A DNA stretch of 64,000 bases. Origin: an uncultured virus (IMG/VR IMGVR_UViG_3300037507_001084). Its lineage: Duplodnaviria; Heunggongvirae; Uroviricota; Caudoviricetes. A model generated the notes under the pieces. It did not search any database. It was not told the origin of the DNA and saw nothing but the letters and a program-made list of their open reading frames with translations. Where the stretch lies: IMG/VR virus record IMGVR_UViG_3300037507_001084; one strand, written 5' to 3'. This document shows positions 1 through 10,213 of the stretch, one piece after another (position 1 is the stretch's first letter; each line of letters starts with the position of its first letter). The translations under genes and the position numbers were made by a program.

Positions 1-2
1 AT

Positions 3-1199
3 TACAAGCACCTTTATGCTATTGACCCAAACTTTTTAGATAACCTAACTAATGGTGGCACAGCAACATATAATATCAATAAGGCTTGTGCTACTTTAGC
101 AACCACATCAAACACCACTTCTCGTGTTGTTCACCAAACTAAGTTTTATCATCATTACCAGCCTGGTAAGTCACAGATGATTTACAGTTCGGTATGTTTT
201 GGTTATGCTCAACAGAATGTAACCAAAAGAACTGGATACTACGATGATAGAGATGGTATCTATTTTGAGCAAGTTGGTGATGCTACTGCCAACGGAACAA
301 CCAATGGCACTCTAAACTTTGTTGTTCGTTCTTATGTTAGTGGCACTGCTAGCGAAGCAACATCAGGAACTTACAAAAGAAGAGTTCCACAATCAGAATG
401 GAACATTGATAAGTGTGATGGAACTGGTGTTTCTGGTTTCAACATCAATACTTCAAAAACACAACTAGTTTATATTGACTTCCAATGGTTGGGAGTTGGT
501 AGAGTTCGTTGTGGTTTTGTTCATAATGGGCAACTTATTTTAGCACACCAATATTATTGTTCTAATGAACTTGATGAAGTTTATATCGCAAATCCTAATC
601 TACCAGTAAGATGTGAGATACTAAACACAGGTACAACATCTGGTGGTTCATTTGATCAGATTTGTTCCACTGTTATGTCAGAAGGTGGATATGTTGAAAG
701 TGGTATTGACTTCATGTATATGATGACGACATCTAGGTCAGTTGTTGGTGGTGCTACTCTACCAGTATTGGCAATTCGTTTGAAAAATACATTTCAATCT
801 TACCCCAACAGAATTTCGGTTAGGTTAAATAATATTTCTTTGTATCCTTCTGGAGAAACATTTTCATTCCAAATTGTTAAATTACCAAGTCAATCAAACT
901 TGACTGGCACACTTAATTGGACCGATGTTGATACCAATAGTGGCGTTCAATATTCAGTTGGTGCTACTGGTTATACAGTAGGAAGTGGTGATGCTTTATT
1001 TGGTGGTTTTGTAACTGCTGGTTCGTCACAGAACTCTTTGTCGTCTGCTTCGACAGGTTCTATTTCTGCTGCCAAGAAAAACATTATTGTTCAAAATTTT
1101 GACTCTACTTCATCAGAAGTATATGTTGTGTTAGCAACAAATATTGGTAATAACTCTGGAACAATTAGAGCAGCACTTCAATGGAGGGAGATTTACTAA
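3..1199 (+). CDS. hypothetical protein, possibly virion-associated; 5'-truncated by the window
   Basis: Frame is open from base 3 into the 177..1199 ORF; Gly/Ser/Thr-rich, beta-rich composition. Confidence 0.6.
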   Translation, partial: YKHLYAIDPNFLDNLTNGGTATYNINKACATLATTSNTTSRVVHQTKFYHHYQPGKSQMIYSSVCFGYAQQNVTKRTGYYDDRDGIYFEQVGDATANGTTNGTLNFVVRSYVSGTASEATSGTYKRRVPQSEWNIDKCDGTGVSGFNINTSKTQLVYIDFQWLGVGRVRCGFVHNGQLILAHQYYCSNELDEVYIANPNLPVRCEILNTGTTSGGSFDQICSTVMSEGGYVESGIDFMYMMTTSRSVVGGATLPVLAIRLKNTFQSYPNRISVRLNNISLYPSGETFSFQIVKLPSQSNLTGTLNWTDVDTNSGVQYSVGATGYTVGSGDALFGGFVTAGSSQNSLSSASTGSISAAKKNIIVQNFDSTSSEVYVVLATNIGNNSGTIRAALQWREIY

Positions 1200-1927
1200 T
1201 GAAAAAGAAAGTTCCCACAGAAAAAGAAATCGCCAAGAAGCATGGTGTGTCTGTTGAAACTATTATCAAACAGGCAGAAGTTGGTTCTACTGTAGAGCGA
1301 GAGCATGTCACTACACACGAAGAAGCATATGGTATTGCTCTCCAGCATTTAGATGAATTCCCAGATTACTATACTCACTTACTTAAGATGGAAAAAGAAC
1401 TAAAAGCACAACACAAAAAGAAAAGAACCGTCAAAGAAATGCGTGAGATTTGTGAGAATCACATCGCTGTTGCTATGGGCAAAGAGATTGATGACGAAGG
1501 TGGAATGATTATGAGTCAACTTGATACGATCGAAGATGCTGTTAACCGTCTTCGTTTGATTGTTCAAGATCCAAAGATGCAACTACCTGGATGGGTTCAA
1601 TCTAAGGTCACGCTCGCTGCTGATTATATTGATACCGCTGCTGATTATATGAGCAGCAAGAATGAAGAGTATGTTGCTGAGGGAGCTGCTTGGACAAAAA
1701 AGTCTGGTAAAAATTCAGAGGGTGGTCTGAATGAAAAAGGCAGAAAATCTTACGAACGTGAGAATCCTGGAAGCGACCTTAAGGCACCTTCAAAAAAGGT
1801 TGGAAATCCCCGCAGGGCGTCATTCTGTGCCAGAATGAAAGGCATGAAAAAGAAACTAACTTCAAAGAAAACAGCAAGAGATCCAGATTCACGTATCAAT
1901 AAGTCATTAAGAGCTTGGAATTGCTGA
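1199..1927 (+). CDS. conserved cyanophage protein, putative head-internal protein (DUF5661-like N-terminus, DUF6321-like C-terminus)
   Basis: TAATG coupling at 1197-1201; motifs EHVTTHEEAYGIALQHLDEFPDYY and GKNSEGGLNEKGR...RRASFCARM. Confidence 0.6.
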   Translation: MKKKVPTEKEIAKKHGVSVETIIKQAEVGSTVEREHVTTHEEAYGIALQHLDEFPDYYTHLLKMEKELKAQHKKKRTVKEMREICENHIAVAMGKEIDDEGGMIMSQLDTIEDAVNRLRLIVQDPKMQLPGWVQSKVTLAADYIDTAADYMSSKNEEYVAEGAAWTKKSGKNSEGGLNEKGRKSYERENPGSDLKAPSKKVGNPRRASFCARMKGMKKKLTSKKTARDPDSRINKSLRAWNC

Positions 1928-1950
1928 CACAAATATGTGTCATTTGTAAC

Positions 1951-1978
1951 TTGACAAACATACATTTACCTATATAAT
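1951..1978 (+). promoter_or_regulatory. sigma70-type promoter
   Basis: TTGACA-16-TATAAT upstream of ORF 1993. Confidence 0.55.
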
Positions 1979-1992
1979 AGCATTACCGTCTC

Positions 1993-2238
1993 ATGGTAAG
2001 ACTTATGGATACCAAAACCTGCCCTAAGTGTGGGGCGTGCTGGATTGGAGGACAACACTTCTGGGCTGGCACAAATAAGAAGGGAAACGAAACTGAACTC
2101 GCTTCTTTAGTTTGTGATAAATTTGGAGATGATACTTGTATCAACCCAGCACAGGGAACCACCAAAGGCGATGGGTGGGAAAAAAGATTAAATAGTATGG
2201 ACGATATAGAAAAGGATATTAAACGAGCAAATGAGTGA
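1993..2238 (+). CDS. small Cys-containing hypothetical protein
   Basis: CPKCGACW motif; overlaps the gp17 start. Confidence 0.6.
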   Translation: MVRLMDTKTCPKCGACWIGGQHFWAGTNKKGNETELASLVCDKFGDDTCINPAQGTTKGDGWEKRLNSMDDIEKDIKRANE

Positions 2239-3895
2239 CGCAGTATATCTTGGTAATCCTAATTTAAAGAAAGCTAATACCGCCATTAGTTTTACAAAAG
2301 AACAAGTAGAAGAGTTCATCAAATGTAAAGATGATCCAGTTTACTTCGCAAAAAACTATGTAAAGATCATCTCACTCGATGAAGGTCTTGTTCCCTTTGA
2401 GATGTATGATTTTCAAGAGAAACTTATTGAAAATTTTCACAATCATAGATTTAATATTGCGAAACTTCCAAGACAGACTGGTAAATCTACCACTGTTATT
2501 TCATACCTACTTCATTACGCAGTATTCAACGACAATATTAAGATTGCTATTCTAGCAAACAAAGCAGAAACGTCAAGAGAACTTCTGTCTCGTTTACAGT
2601 TAGCATATGAAAATCTGCCCAAGTGGATGCAGCAAGGCATTGTAGCATGGAACAAAGGTTCCATGGAACTTGATAATGGTTCCAAGATTATTGCTGCTTC
2701 CACATCATCATCTGCTGTTCGAGGAAACTCTTTCAACATCATCTTCCTTGACGAGTTTGCGTTCGTTCCTAACCATATGGCGGAACAGTTCTTCTCGTCT
2801 GTATATCCTACTATCTCGTCTGGTAAAACAACAAAAGTTATTATCATTTCTACCCCACAGGGTATGAACATGTTCTACAAGCTGTGGCACGACGCAGAGC
2901 GCGGTAGGAACGGATATGTGCCACTTGAAGTTCACTGGAGCGCAGTTCCTGGTAGAGATGAGAAGTGGAAAGAAGAGACGATCAGGAACACCTCTGAGAG
3001 GCAGTTCACACAAGAGTTTGAATGTGAGTTCCTTGGATCGGTTGATACTTTGATCTCAGCGTCTAAGTTACGCTCGATGGTATTCGAAGATCCTATACAA
3101 GATAATAGTAAAGGATTAAAGGTATACGAGGAAGCAAAACCAGATCACGATTATATCATGACGGTTGACGTATCGCGGGGAACCAACAATGATTACTCTG
3201 CTTTTGTTGTATTTGATATCACCACACTACCTTGGAAGGTTGTTGCTAAATATCGAAATAACGAAATCAAACCTATCCTGTTTCCCAACATTATCGAACA
3301 GGTTGCCAAGAACTACAATAAAGCATACATCTTAGCGGAAGTCAATGATATTGGAGAACAGGTAACAAACATTCTCCATTATGATTTGGAGTATCCAAAC
3401 ATTTTGATGTGTGCCATGCGTGGTAGAGCAGGTCAAATTGTAGGTCAGGGATTTTCTGGCACCAAATCTCAACTTGGTCTAAAGATGTCAAAAGTTACTA
3501 AGAAGGTTGGATGTTCTAACTTAAAGACATTGATCGAAGATGATAAACTCCTAATCTCAGACTACGAAATCATCAGTGAGCTTACCACATTCATTCAGAA
3601 GAATCAATCTTTCGAAGCTGATGATGGATACAACGATGACCTTGTGATGTGTCTAGTTCTATTCTCGTGGTTAGCGGTTCAACCTTACTTTAGGGAGATG
3701 ACTGATAACGATGTTCGTAAACGCATCTACGAAGAACAGAAGAATCAAATCGAACAAGACATGGCACCGTTTGGATTTGTATCTGATGGTATTACAGATG
3801 CCGAAGAAAAATTTATTGATGAAGACGGAAACGTTTGGTACACCGATGGGTATGGCAATCCTTTTTCAGACGTAGAATACATGCTAGGGTTCTAA
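2231..3895 (+). CDS. gp17: terminase large subunit
   Basis: YLGNPNLK N-terminus, Walker A PRQTGKST, Walker B IIFLDEFAF, nuclease DDLVM. Confidence 0.97.
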   Translation: MSDAVYLGNPNLKKANTAISFTKEQVEEFIKCKDDPVYFAKNYVKIISLDEGLVPFEMYDFQEKLIENFHNHRFNIAKLPRQTGKSTTVISYLLHYAVFNDNIKIAILANKAETSRELLSRLQLAYENLPKWMQQGIVAWNKGSMELDNGSKIIAASTSSSAVRGNSFNIIFLDEFAFVPNHMAEQFFSSVYPTISSGKTTKVIIISTPQGMNMFYKLWHDAERGRNGYVPLEVHWSAVPGRDEKWKEETIRNTSERQFTQEFECEFLGSVDTLISASKLRSMVFEDPIQDNSKGLKVYEEAKPDHDYIMTVDVSRGTNNDYSAFVVFDITTLPWKVVAKYRNNEIKPILFPNIIEQVAKNYNKAYILAEVNDIGEQVTNILHYDLEYPNILMCAMRGRAGQIVGQGFSGTKSQLGLKMSKVTKKVGCSNLKTLIEDDKLLISDYEIISELTTFIQKNQSFEADDGYNDDLVMCLVLFSWLAVQPYFREMTDNDVRKRIYEEQKNQIEQDMAPFGFVSDGITDAEEKFIDEDGNVWYTDGYGNPFSDVEYMLGF

Positions 3896-4122
3896 TGGAT
3901 TTAGAAGACGAATTTTCACTAGAACATTTATTGTTTAGAGAAAGAACGTGTAGGGTCTGTGGAGAGACAAAAGACCTCATGACAGATTACTATGTTATTA
4001 GAAAATCAAAAAAATATTTACCTTCTTCGTATTCATACGAATGTAAACAATGTACCATAAAAAGAATTATGGCAAAACGTGTGGTCAAACCACCTAAATT
4101 ATGGGAATATCCTGACTGGTAA
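3895..4122 (+). CDS. small Zn-finger hypothetical protein
   Basis: TAATG coupling; CRVC...CKQC. Confidence 0.65.
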   Translation: MDLEDEFSLEHLLFRERTCRVCGETKDLMTDYYVIRKSKKYLPSSYSYECKQCTIKRIMAKRVVKPPKLWEYPDW

Positions 4123-4162
4123 ATTGTTCATGCGTTGTTTCCCCAATGAAGATACTCATTTT

Positions 4163-4170
4163 AATAAATA
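4163..4170 (+). promoter_or_regulatory. gp55-dependent late promoter (NATAAATA)
   Basis: AATAAATA upstream of gp18; same motif at 6461, 8117, 8990, 10171, 11681, 25917, 36267, 43577, 46658, 47541, 53102, 62544. Confidence 0.75.
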
Positions 4171-4210
4171 TTTGTAGTTAAAAAATGAACTACTTCACGA
4201 GGAGACAAAC

Positions 4211-5830
4211 ATGGCAGGTCAAGTATCACCTGGAATTGTTCTAAGAGAACGTGATTTAACCAATCAAACAGTTGTGAATCAACAAGGAAATGTTGCTGCT
4301 CTGGTTGGTAGCTTTGCTCAGGGTCCAGTAGGATCAATTGTCGGCATTGCTTCAGAAAGAGAATTATTAGAAACATTCGGTGCCCCTAACGCAAACAATT
4401 ACGAGGATTGGTTTGTATCTCAATCCTTCCTTTCATACGGTGGTCAATTAAATGTCGTAAGAATTGAAGACAGTGCTTTAAAAAATGCTTGCGACGATAC
4501 AACTGCAACACCAGTTCTTATCAAAGATACAGACGCATTTGAAGCAGCTTTTAGTACATATGATTTTAAATTTGCTGCTAGAACAGCAGGAACTTGGGCA
4601 AATGGTCTCAAGATTGCTATTGTAGATGGTGGCGTTACTAACTACGCAACAGCAACTATTTACGGCACGGTTCTTTGGAGCACAATTGCTCTTGATCCAG
4701 GTGGAGCTGATGATCTTCACATCGCGGTTCTAGATGCTAACAACAACATTTTAGAAACATTTTTATATGTTTCTCGCGTATCAACCGCAAAAGATTCGCA
4801 GGGTGGTTCAATTTTTTATAAGAACGTAATCAATTCTCGTTCAAAATACATTTATGCTGGACCAGAAAATGCAGCTGCTGGAGAATCCGACGTAGTTCTT
4901 TCTGGTGGTATTGATGCTTACACTACAACAGTTGCCAACATCACAGCAGCTTATGATCTTTTCGATGACACAGAAAATATTTCAATTGATTTTATTCTCA
5001 CTGGTGGTAATCTTGCCGTAGAAGCAGACCAAATCACAAAAGCACAAAAAGTTATTACGCTTGCTGGTTCCAGAAAAGATTGTATTGCTTTTGTTTCACC
5101 CCACAGTGGAATGCTTTCACTCTCCACTAGTTCAGCGAAAAGGGATGATATCATCACTTTCTTCGACGGTGTGGGTAGCAGCAGTTCATACGCTGTGTTT
5201 GATAGTGGATACAAGTATCTCTATGATAAGTATAATGACGTTTATCGTTACATTCCATGTAATGGAGACGTTGCTGGTCTCTGCGTAGAGACTTCCGCCA
5301 CTTTAGAAGATTGGTTCTCTCCCGCTGGTGTTAGCAGAGGTAACATTAAAAATGTTGTAAAACTTGCCTTTGCTCCATCAAAAGCAGACAGGGATAAATT
5401 ATATCTTAAGAGAATTAATCCAATTGCTACATTCCCAGGTCAGGGAACTGTTCTGTTTGGTGATAAAACTGCTTTAGCAACTCCAAGTGCTTTCGACAGA
5501 ATTAATGTTCGTCGTCTTTTCCTTGCTATAGAGAAAAGAATTGGTCAACTAGCAAGAACTGTAATGTTTGAACTTAATGATGAAACGACCAGAACTTCTT
5601 TCTATTCCGCAGCAGCTTCATATCTTTCTGAAGTTCAGGCAAAAAGAGGTCTCACAGATTATCTTGTAGTATGTGATTCTACAAACAACACCCCAGATGT
5701 AATTGATAGAAACGAATTTGTTGCTGAACTTTATATTAAACCAACACGTTCAATTAACTTCATCACGATTACTTTTGTTGCTACCAGATCTGGTGTAGAG
5801 TTTTCAGAAGTAGTTAGATCAGTCGCTTGA
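4211..5830 (+). CDS. gp18: tail sheath protein
   Basis: SPGIVLRERDLT start, WFSPAG, FDRINVRRLF. Confidence 0.96.
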   Translation: MAGQVSPGIVLRERDLTNQTVVNQQGNVAALVGSFAQGPVGSIVGIASERELLETFGAPNANNYEDWFVSQSFLSYGGQLNVVRIEDSALKNACDDTTATPVLIKDTDAFEAAFSTYDFKFAARTAGTWANGLKIAIVDGGVTNYATATIYGTVLWSTIALDPGGADDLHIAVLDANNNILETFLYVSRVSTAKDSQGGSIFYKNVINSRSKYIYAGPENAAAGESDVVLSGGIDAYTTTVANITAAYDLFDDTENISIDFILTGGNLAVEADQITKAQKVITLAGSRKDCIAFVSPHSGMLSLSTSSAKRDDIITFFDGVGSSSSYAVFDSGYKYLYDKYNDVYRYIPCNGDVAGLCVETSATLEDWFSPAGVSRGNIKNVVKLAFAPSKADRDKLYLKRINPIATFPGQGTVLFGDKTALATPSAFDRINVRRLFLAIEKRIGQLARTVMFELNDETTRTSFYSAAASYLSEVQAKRGLTDYLVVCDSTNNTPDVIDRNEFVAELYIKPTRSINFITITFVATRSGVEFSEVVRSVA

Positions 5831-5862
5831 TATTTAAAAACTAATTACGAGGTAAACAAACA

Positions 5863-6462
5863 ATGACCATCAAAAGTAACGTTAAAGATTTTCTCAATAC
5901 TATTAAGCAAGGCGTAAGACCTAATTTATTCCTTGTTGATATTGTGTTTCCTAATTCAGCTGGATTGCCAGCTGGTTCTAGCGAAGATGGAAAACTAGTC
6001 AACATTCTGTGTAAGTCTGCTGCTCTTCCTGCTTCCAACCTAGGTGTAATTGAAGTTCCTTTCCGTGGAAGAACTGTAAAAATTGCTGGTGACAGAACAT
6101 TTGATACTTGGACAGCAACATTTATTAATGATAAAGATTTCAAGATTCGTCATTACATGGAATCTTGGATGGCGAAGATTAATTCTCACGAAGGAAATAG
6201 AGCACAGTTGATTGTTCCTGAGTTTTCAACAGGATATACTGCCGATCTTCACGTAAAACAACTTGAGAGAGATAGCAGCGAAACTGGATCAGTTATTAGA
6301 GAATATACTCTTTGGGGTTGTTTCCCAACTAACATTTCTCAAATTGATCTTGCCTACGATAGCAATGATCAGATTGAAGACTTTACAGTTGAATTCCAAC
6401 TTCAGTACTGGGAAGTTGAAAATGGAAGAAAGGGTAGATCACCAGGCGGAATTGAAGATTGA
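5863..6462 (+). CDS. gp19: tail tube protein
   Basis: RPNLF, PFRGRTVKIAGDRTFDTW, IEDFTVEF. Confidence 0.96.
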   Translation: MTIKSNVKDFLNTIKQGVRPNLFLVDIVFPNSAGLPAGSSEDGKLVNILCKSAALPASNLGVIEVPFRGRTVKIAGDRTFDTWTATFINDKDFKIRHYMESWMAKINSHEGNRAQLIVPEFSTGYTADLHVKQLERDSSETGSVIREYTLWGCFPTNISQIDLAYDSNDQIEDFTVEFQLQYWEVENGRKGRSPGGIED

Positions 6463-6495
6463 TAAATAACTAGAGTAAGTGATATAACTTTAAAC

Positions 6496-8121
6496 ATGAG
6501 TCAGTTATTTGGATTCTCAATTAAATCTAAACAGGAGGAGCTGAGAGGTCAATCTCCAGTTCCTCCTAACGCAGATGATTCGGTAACCACCGTAGCTGGT
6601 GGTTATTTTGGTTCGTATGTAGATATAGACGGTATAGCGCGTAATGAGTTTGATCTCATTAGGCGCTATCGTGATATGGCGATGCATCCAGAGGTTGACT
6701 CTGCGATTGACGAAATTGTGAATGAAGCAATTAATTCAAGTTTAGATGATTCTCCAGTTCAAATAGAACTTTCTAATCTCGAAGTAAGCGAATCAATAAA
6801 GAAAAAAATTCGTGAAGAATTTGATTACATCAAAAGACTTCTTGCTTTTGATACTAGAGCACATGAAATTTTTAGAACTTGGTATGTAGATGGTAGAATG
6901 TTTTATCACAAAGTAATTGATTTAGCAAATCCTAAGGCTGGTATTACTGAACTCAGATACATAGATCCGTTAAAAATTAAAAAGGTACGAGTTCAAAATA
7001 AAGATCCAAAATTAAGCACTGTCACTGCTAACGCTACGGTGATGGATGGAGCAGCAAGATATGATTTTGGAGACTATGTAGAATTCTACATGTATAATCC
7101 TAGAGGTTTTATTGCTTCTTCTTTTGATACCAACAATGTGGGTACTGGTGTTAGAATCGCAAATGATGCTATAACTTTTATTACCTCTGGCATTCAAGAT
7201 TATAACAAAAAGATGACCTTGAGTTTCCTTCACAAATCCATCAAGGCACTCAACCAGTTACGCATGATTGAAGATGCGCTGGTTATCTACAGACTCTCAC
7301 GCGCACCAGAACGCAGAATTTTCTACATTGATGTTGGCAATCTACCCAAAGTAAAAGCAGAGCAATATCTCAGAGAGGTAATGGCACGTTACCGCAACAA
7401 ACTTGTATACGATGCTGCCACTGGAGAAATCCGCGATGACAAAAAGCATATGAGTATGCTTGAAGATTTCTGGCTACCTCGCCGCGAAGGTGGTAGAGGA
7501 ACTGAGATCACTACTCTTCCTGGTGGTCAAAATCTTGGCGAACTTAAAGATGTTGAATACTTCAAAAAGAAATTATACAACTCCCTCAATCTCCCGCCAT
7601 CACGTTTAGATGACGCCAATCAAGGATTTTCTCTAGGTCGTTCATCAGAAATTCTTCGTGATGAGCTTAAATTTGCGAAGTGGATTGCGAGACTTCGTAA
7701 AAAATTCAGTGGATTATTCCACGATATGTTAAAAACTCAACTGATTCTAAAGGGAATTATTGCTCCCGAAGATTGGGAAGAGATGCAAGAACATATTCAA
7801 TATGATTATCAATTTGATAATCACTTTGAAGAACTTAAGCAAGCAGAGTTGATGAATAATCGTCTCCAAGTTGCTACCGCATTAGATCCATTTTTGGGTA
7901 AATACTATTCGATTGAATATGTCAGAAAGCAAGTTTTAATGCAATCTGATGCTGAGTATGAAGAAATTTCCAAACAAATGGAAAATGAAATTTCCGAAGG
8001 GAAAATTCCAGACCCAGTTCACACAAACTTGATGAATGCAGCATCTTTGGAGATTGGTGCTTTACCGCCACCACCACCAGCACCTGTTGCAGCACCAAAA
8101 CCTAAAACATCAGAACAATAA
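6496..8121 (+). CDS. gp20: portal vertex protein
   Basis: IYRLSRAPERRIFYIDVGNLPK, EDFWLPRREGGRGTEITTLPGG. Confidence 0.98.
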   Translation: MSQLFGFSIKSKQEELRGQSPVPPNADDSVTTVAGGYFGSYVDIDGIARNEFDLIRRYRDMAMHPEVDSAIDEIVNEAINSSLDDSPVQIELSNLEVSESIKKKIREEFDYIKRLLAFDTRAHEIFRTWYVDGRMFYHKVIDLANPKAGITELRYIDPLKIKKVRVQNKDPKLSTVTANATVMDGAARYDFGDYVEFYMYNPRGFIASSFDTNNVGTGVRIANDAITFITSGIQDYNKKMTLSFLHKSIKALNQLRMIEDALVIYRLSRAPERRIFYIDVGNLPKVKAEQYLREVMARYRNKLVYDAATGEIRDDKKHMSMLEDFWLPRREGGRGTEITTLPGGQNLGELKDVEYFKKKLYNSLNLPPSRLDDANQGFSLGRSSEILRDELKFAKWIARLRKKFSGLFHDMLKTQLILKGIIAPEDWEEMQEHIQYDYQFDNHFEELKQAELMNNRLQVATALDPFLGKYYSIEYVRKQVLMQSDAEYEEISKQMENEISEGKIPDPVHTNLMNAASLEIGALPPPPPAPVAAPKPKTSEQ

Positions 8122-8144
8122 ATAATTTATTATAGGTAAATTAA

Positions 8145-8345
8145 ATGGACACTATTGAAGTTGTAAATGCCGTTCGCAACGGCGACAGAGTTCAAGCACT
8201 TGATAAAATTGCTGATATCCTCTACGGAAAAGCAGCAGAGGCAATGAAAGATTACAAACAAGTAGTTGCTCAAACTTTTTTTGATGAACCAGAATCTCCA
8301 GAAGAGGAGGTGGAAGAAACATCCGCAGAGGAATCAGAACAATGA
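8145..8345 (+). CDS. small acidic prohead core-type protein
   Basis: Lies between gp20 and gp21; acidic tail; late promoter at 8117. Confidence 0.6.
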   Translation: MDTIEVVNAVRNGDRVQALDKIADILYGKAAEAMKDYKQVVAQTFFDEPESPEEEVEETSAEESEQ

Positions 8346-8986
8346 AACTAATCACCGAGAGTATTGAGGATATTCAGATCCTCGAAGAAGAATCAAACGG
8401 AAGAAAAATTCTCCATATCGAAGGTGTGTTCCTTCAGGGAGATATTAAAAATCGCAATGGTCGCGTTTATCCATTTGGCGTTCTTGAGCGTGAAGTTGGT
8501 AGATACAACGAACAGTATGTAAACGTTGGTCGTGCTCTCGGTGAACTAGGTCATCCCGATGGTCCTACTGTAAACCTAGATCGTGTGTCGCATAAAATTG
8601 TTTCTCTCAAAGCAGAAGGTTCAAATTTTATCGGTAAAGCACAGATCCTAAATACACCAATGGGAAACATTGCTAAGTCACTACTGGAATCAGGAGTTAA
8701 GCTTGGCGTTTCTTCTAGAGGCATGGGTTCTATCGAAGAGAAGAACGGTGCCAATTATGTACGTGATGATTTTATGCTCGCAACTGCTGCTGATATTGTA
8801 GCAGATCCCTCCGCACCTGACGCTTTTGTGAACGGAATTATGGAAGGAAAAGAGTGGGTTTGGGAAAATGGCATCATTAAAGAGGTTAATGTTGCTAAAT
8901 ATCATAAATATATTTCTGAATCTACCAGAAAAAATATTGAAGAGAGGTCGTTGAAAGCGTTCAACCACTTCTTACAAAGTTTATAA
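8342..8986 (+). CDS. gp21: prohead protease
   Basis: NRNGRVYP, ALGELGHP, GVSSRGMGS, DPSAPDAFV. Confidence 0.96.
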   Translation: MKLITESIEDIQILEEESNGRKILHIEGVFLQGDIKNRNGRVYPFGVLEREVGRYNEQYVNVGRALGELGHPDGPTVNLDRVSHKIVSLKAEGSNFIGKAQILNTPMGNIAKSLLESGVKLGVSSRGMGSIEEKNGANYVRDDFMLATAADIVADPSAPDAFVNGIMEGKEWVWENGIIKEVNVAKYHKYISESTRKNIEERSLKAFNHFLQSL

Positions 8987-9038
8987 TTTAATAAATAATT
9001 GTAGAATAAACACATATTAGAATTACGAGGAATCTCAA

Positions 9039-10166
9039 ATGTCAGATAACTTAAACGAAAAGTTTGAGGAGCTTGTAACTGAGTCAGAAGTTGGCACTAG
9101 TGCGCTCTCCCCTTCAATCGTTCCTGGTCAATCTTCAGGCACTCAGTACATGCAACCAGTTGGTGCTGCTGTAAGCGATGCTCAAACTCGCGGTGGTCAT
9201 AAAGACTCAGGATTTGAAATCCCAACCTCCGTTGCTCCTGGTCAATCGGAAGAGGATGACGGTGGTTCAACCTTTGAGAAGCCTCAGGGTGAATCAAATC
9301 CTGGTGCTAAGTCATCTAACCATAATTCAAAGGTTAGCGATCAGCAAACCCGTGGGAAGCATCAAGATCCAGCTCCATCGGTTAAGTCATCTGGTTACCA
9401 GATTCCTGGTGGTCCAAATAACGTAAAAGTATTTGGTATGGAAGCAATCGAATATTCCGCTGCGGAAGACGTTGCTGCCCTTACCGAAGGCGAAGAGTTT
9501 TCCGAAGAGTTCAAAGCAAAAGCAACTACAATTTTCGAAGCTGCTGTTAAGTCACGCATCGAAGAGCAAGTAAATGCTATTGCTTCAACTCTAGAAGAGC
9601 AATTCTCCACAAAACTCCAAGAAGAGATTGCTGCTCTCTCAGAGAAAGTTGACGAAACACTCAACTACGCAATCACCACTTGGGTAGAAGAAAACCAAGT
9701 AGCTCTTGATGCTGGTCTCAAGCTTGAGATCGCTGAAGAGTTCATGGGTGGTCTCAAAAAAGTTTTTGAAGATAACTACCTCAATCTCCCCGAGGAGAAA
9801 GTCAATGTTGTAGAAACAATGACTGAGGAGCTTTGTGAAATGGAAGGTCGTCTCAACGAACAGATTGAGCGTAATATTGATCTTAATAATAAACTCGCTG
9901 GTTATCAAAAAACCGTAATCCTCAATCAGATGAGCGAGGGACTAGTTGATACCCAAAGAGAAAAGCTTGTTTCTCTTGCTGAAGGTGTAGAATTTGTTTC
10001 GGAAGAAGACTTCCGCAATAAAGTTTCCACTCTCATTTCAAGTTACTTCCCTAAGCATGTTGTAACTGAACAAGCAATTTCTGAAGTCTCAGGCGAACAA
10101 TCATCCGAAGAAGTATCACCAGTAATGGCTGCTTATCTTCAGGCGATTTCACGCTGGAGCAACTGA
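9039..10166 (+). CDS. gp22: prohead scaffolding protein
   Basis: EEFKAKATTIFEAAV; acidic coiled coil; synteny. Confidence 0.93.
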   Translation: MSDNLNEKFEELVTESEVGTSALSPSIVPGQSSGTQYMQPVGAAVSDAQTRGGHKDSGFEIPTSVAPGQSEEDDGGSTFEKPQGESNPGAKSSNHNSKVSDQQTRGKHQDPAPSVKSSGYQIPGGPNNVKVFGMEAIEYSAAEDVAALTEGEEFSEEFKAKATTIFEAAVKSRIEEQVNAIASTLEEQFSTKLQEEIAALSEKVDETLNYAITTWVEENQVALDAGLKLEIAEEFMGGLKKVFEDNYLNLPEEKVNVVETMTEELCEMEGRLNEQIERNIDLNNKLAGYQKTVILNQMSEGLVDTQREKLVSLAEGVEFVSEEDFRNKVSTLISSYFPKHVVTEQAISEVSGEQSSEEVSPVMAAYLQAISRWSN

Positions 10167-10213
10167 TAATAATAAATAATTTTAACCCAATCACTCAACG
10201 GAGTAAAAGCAAA

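Noticed and set aside
9039..9420. Short internal repeats in the gp22 N-terminus (VSD.QTRG.H.D twice)
   Set aside because: This is a low-complexity scaffold region with no sign of a separate function.
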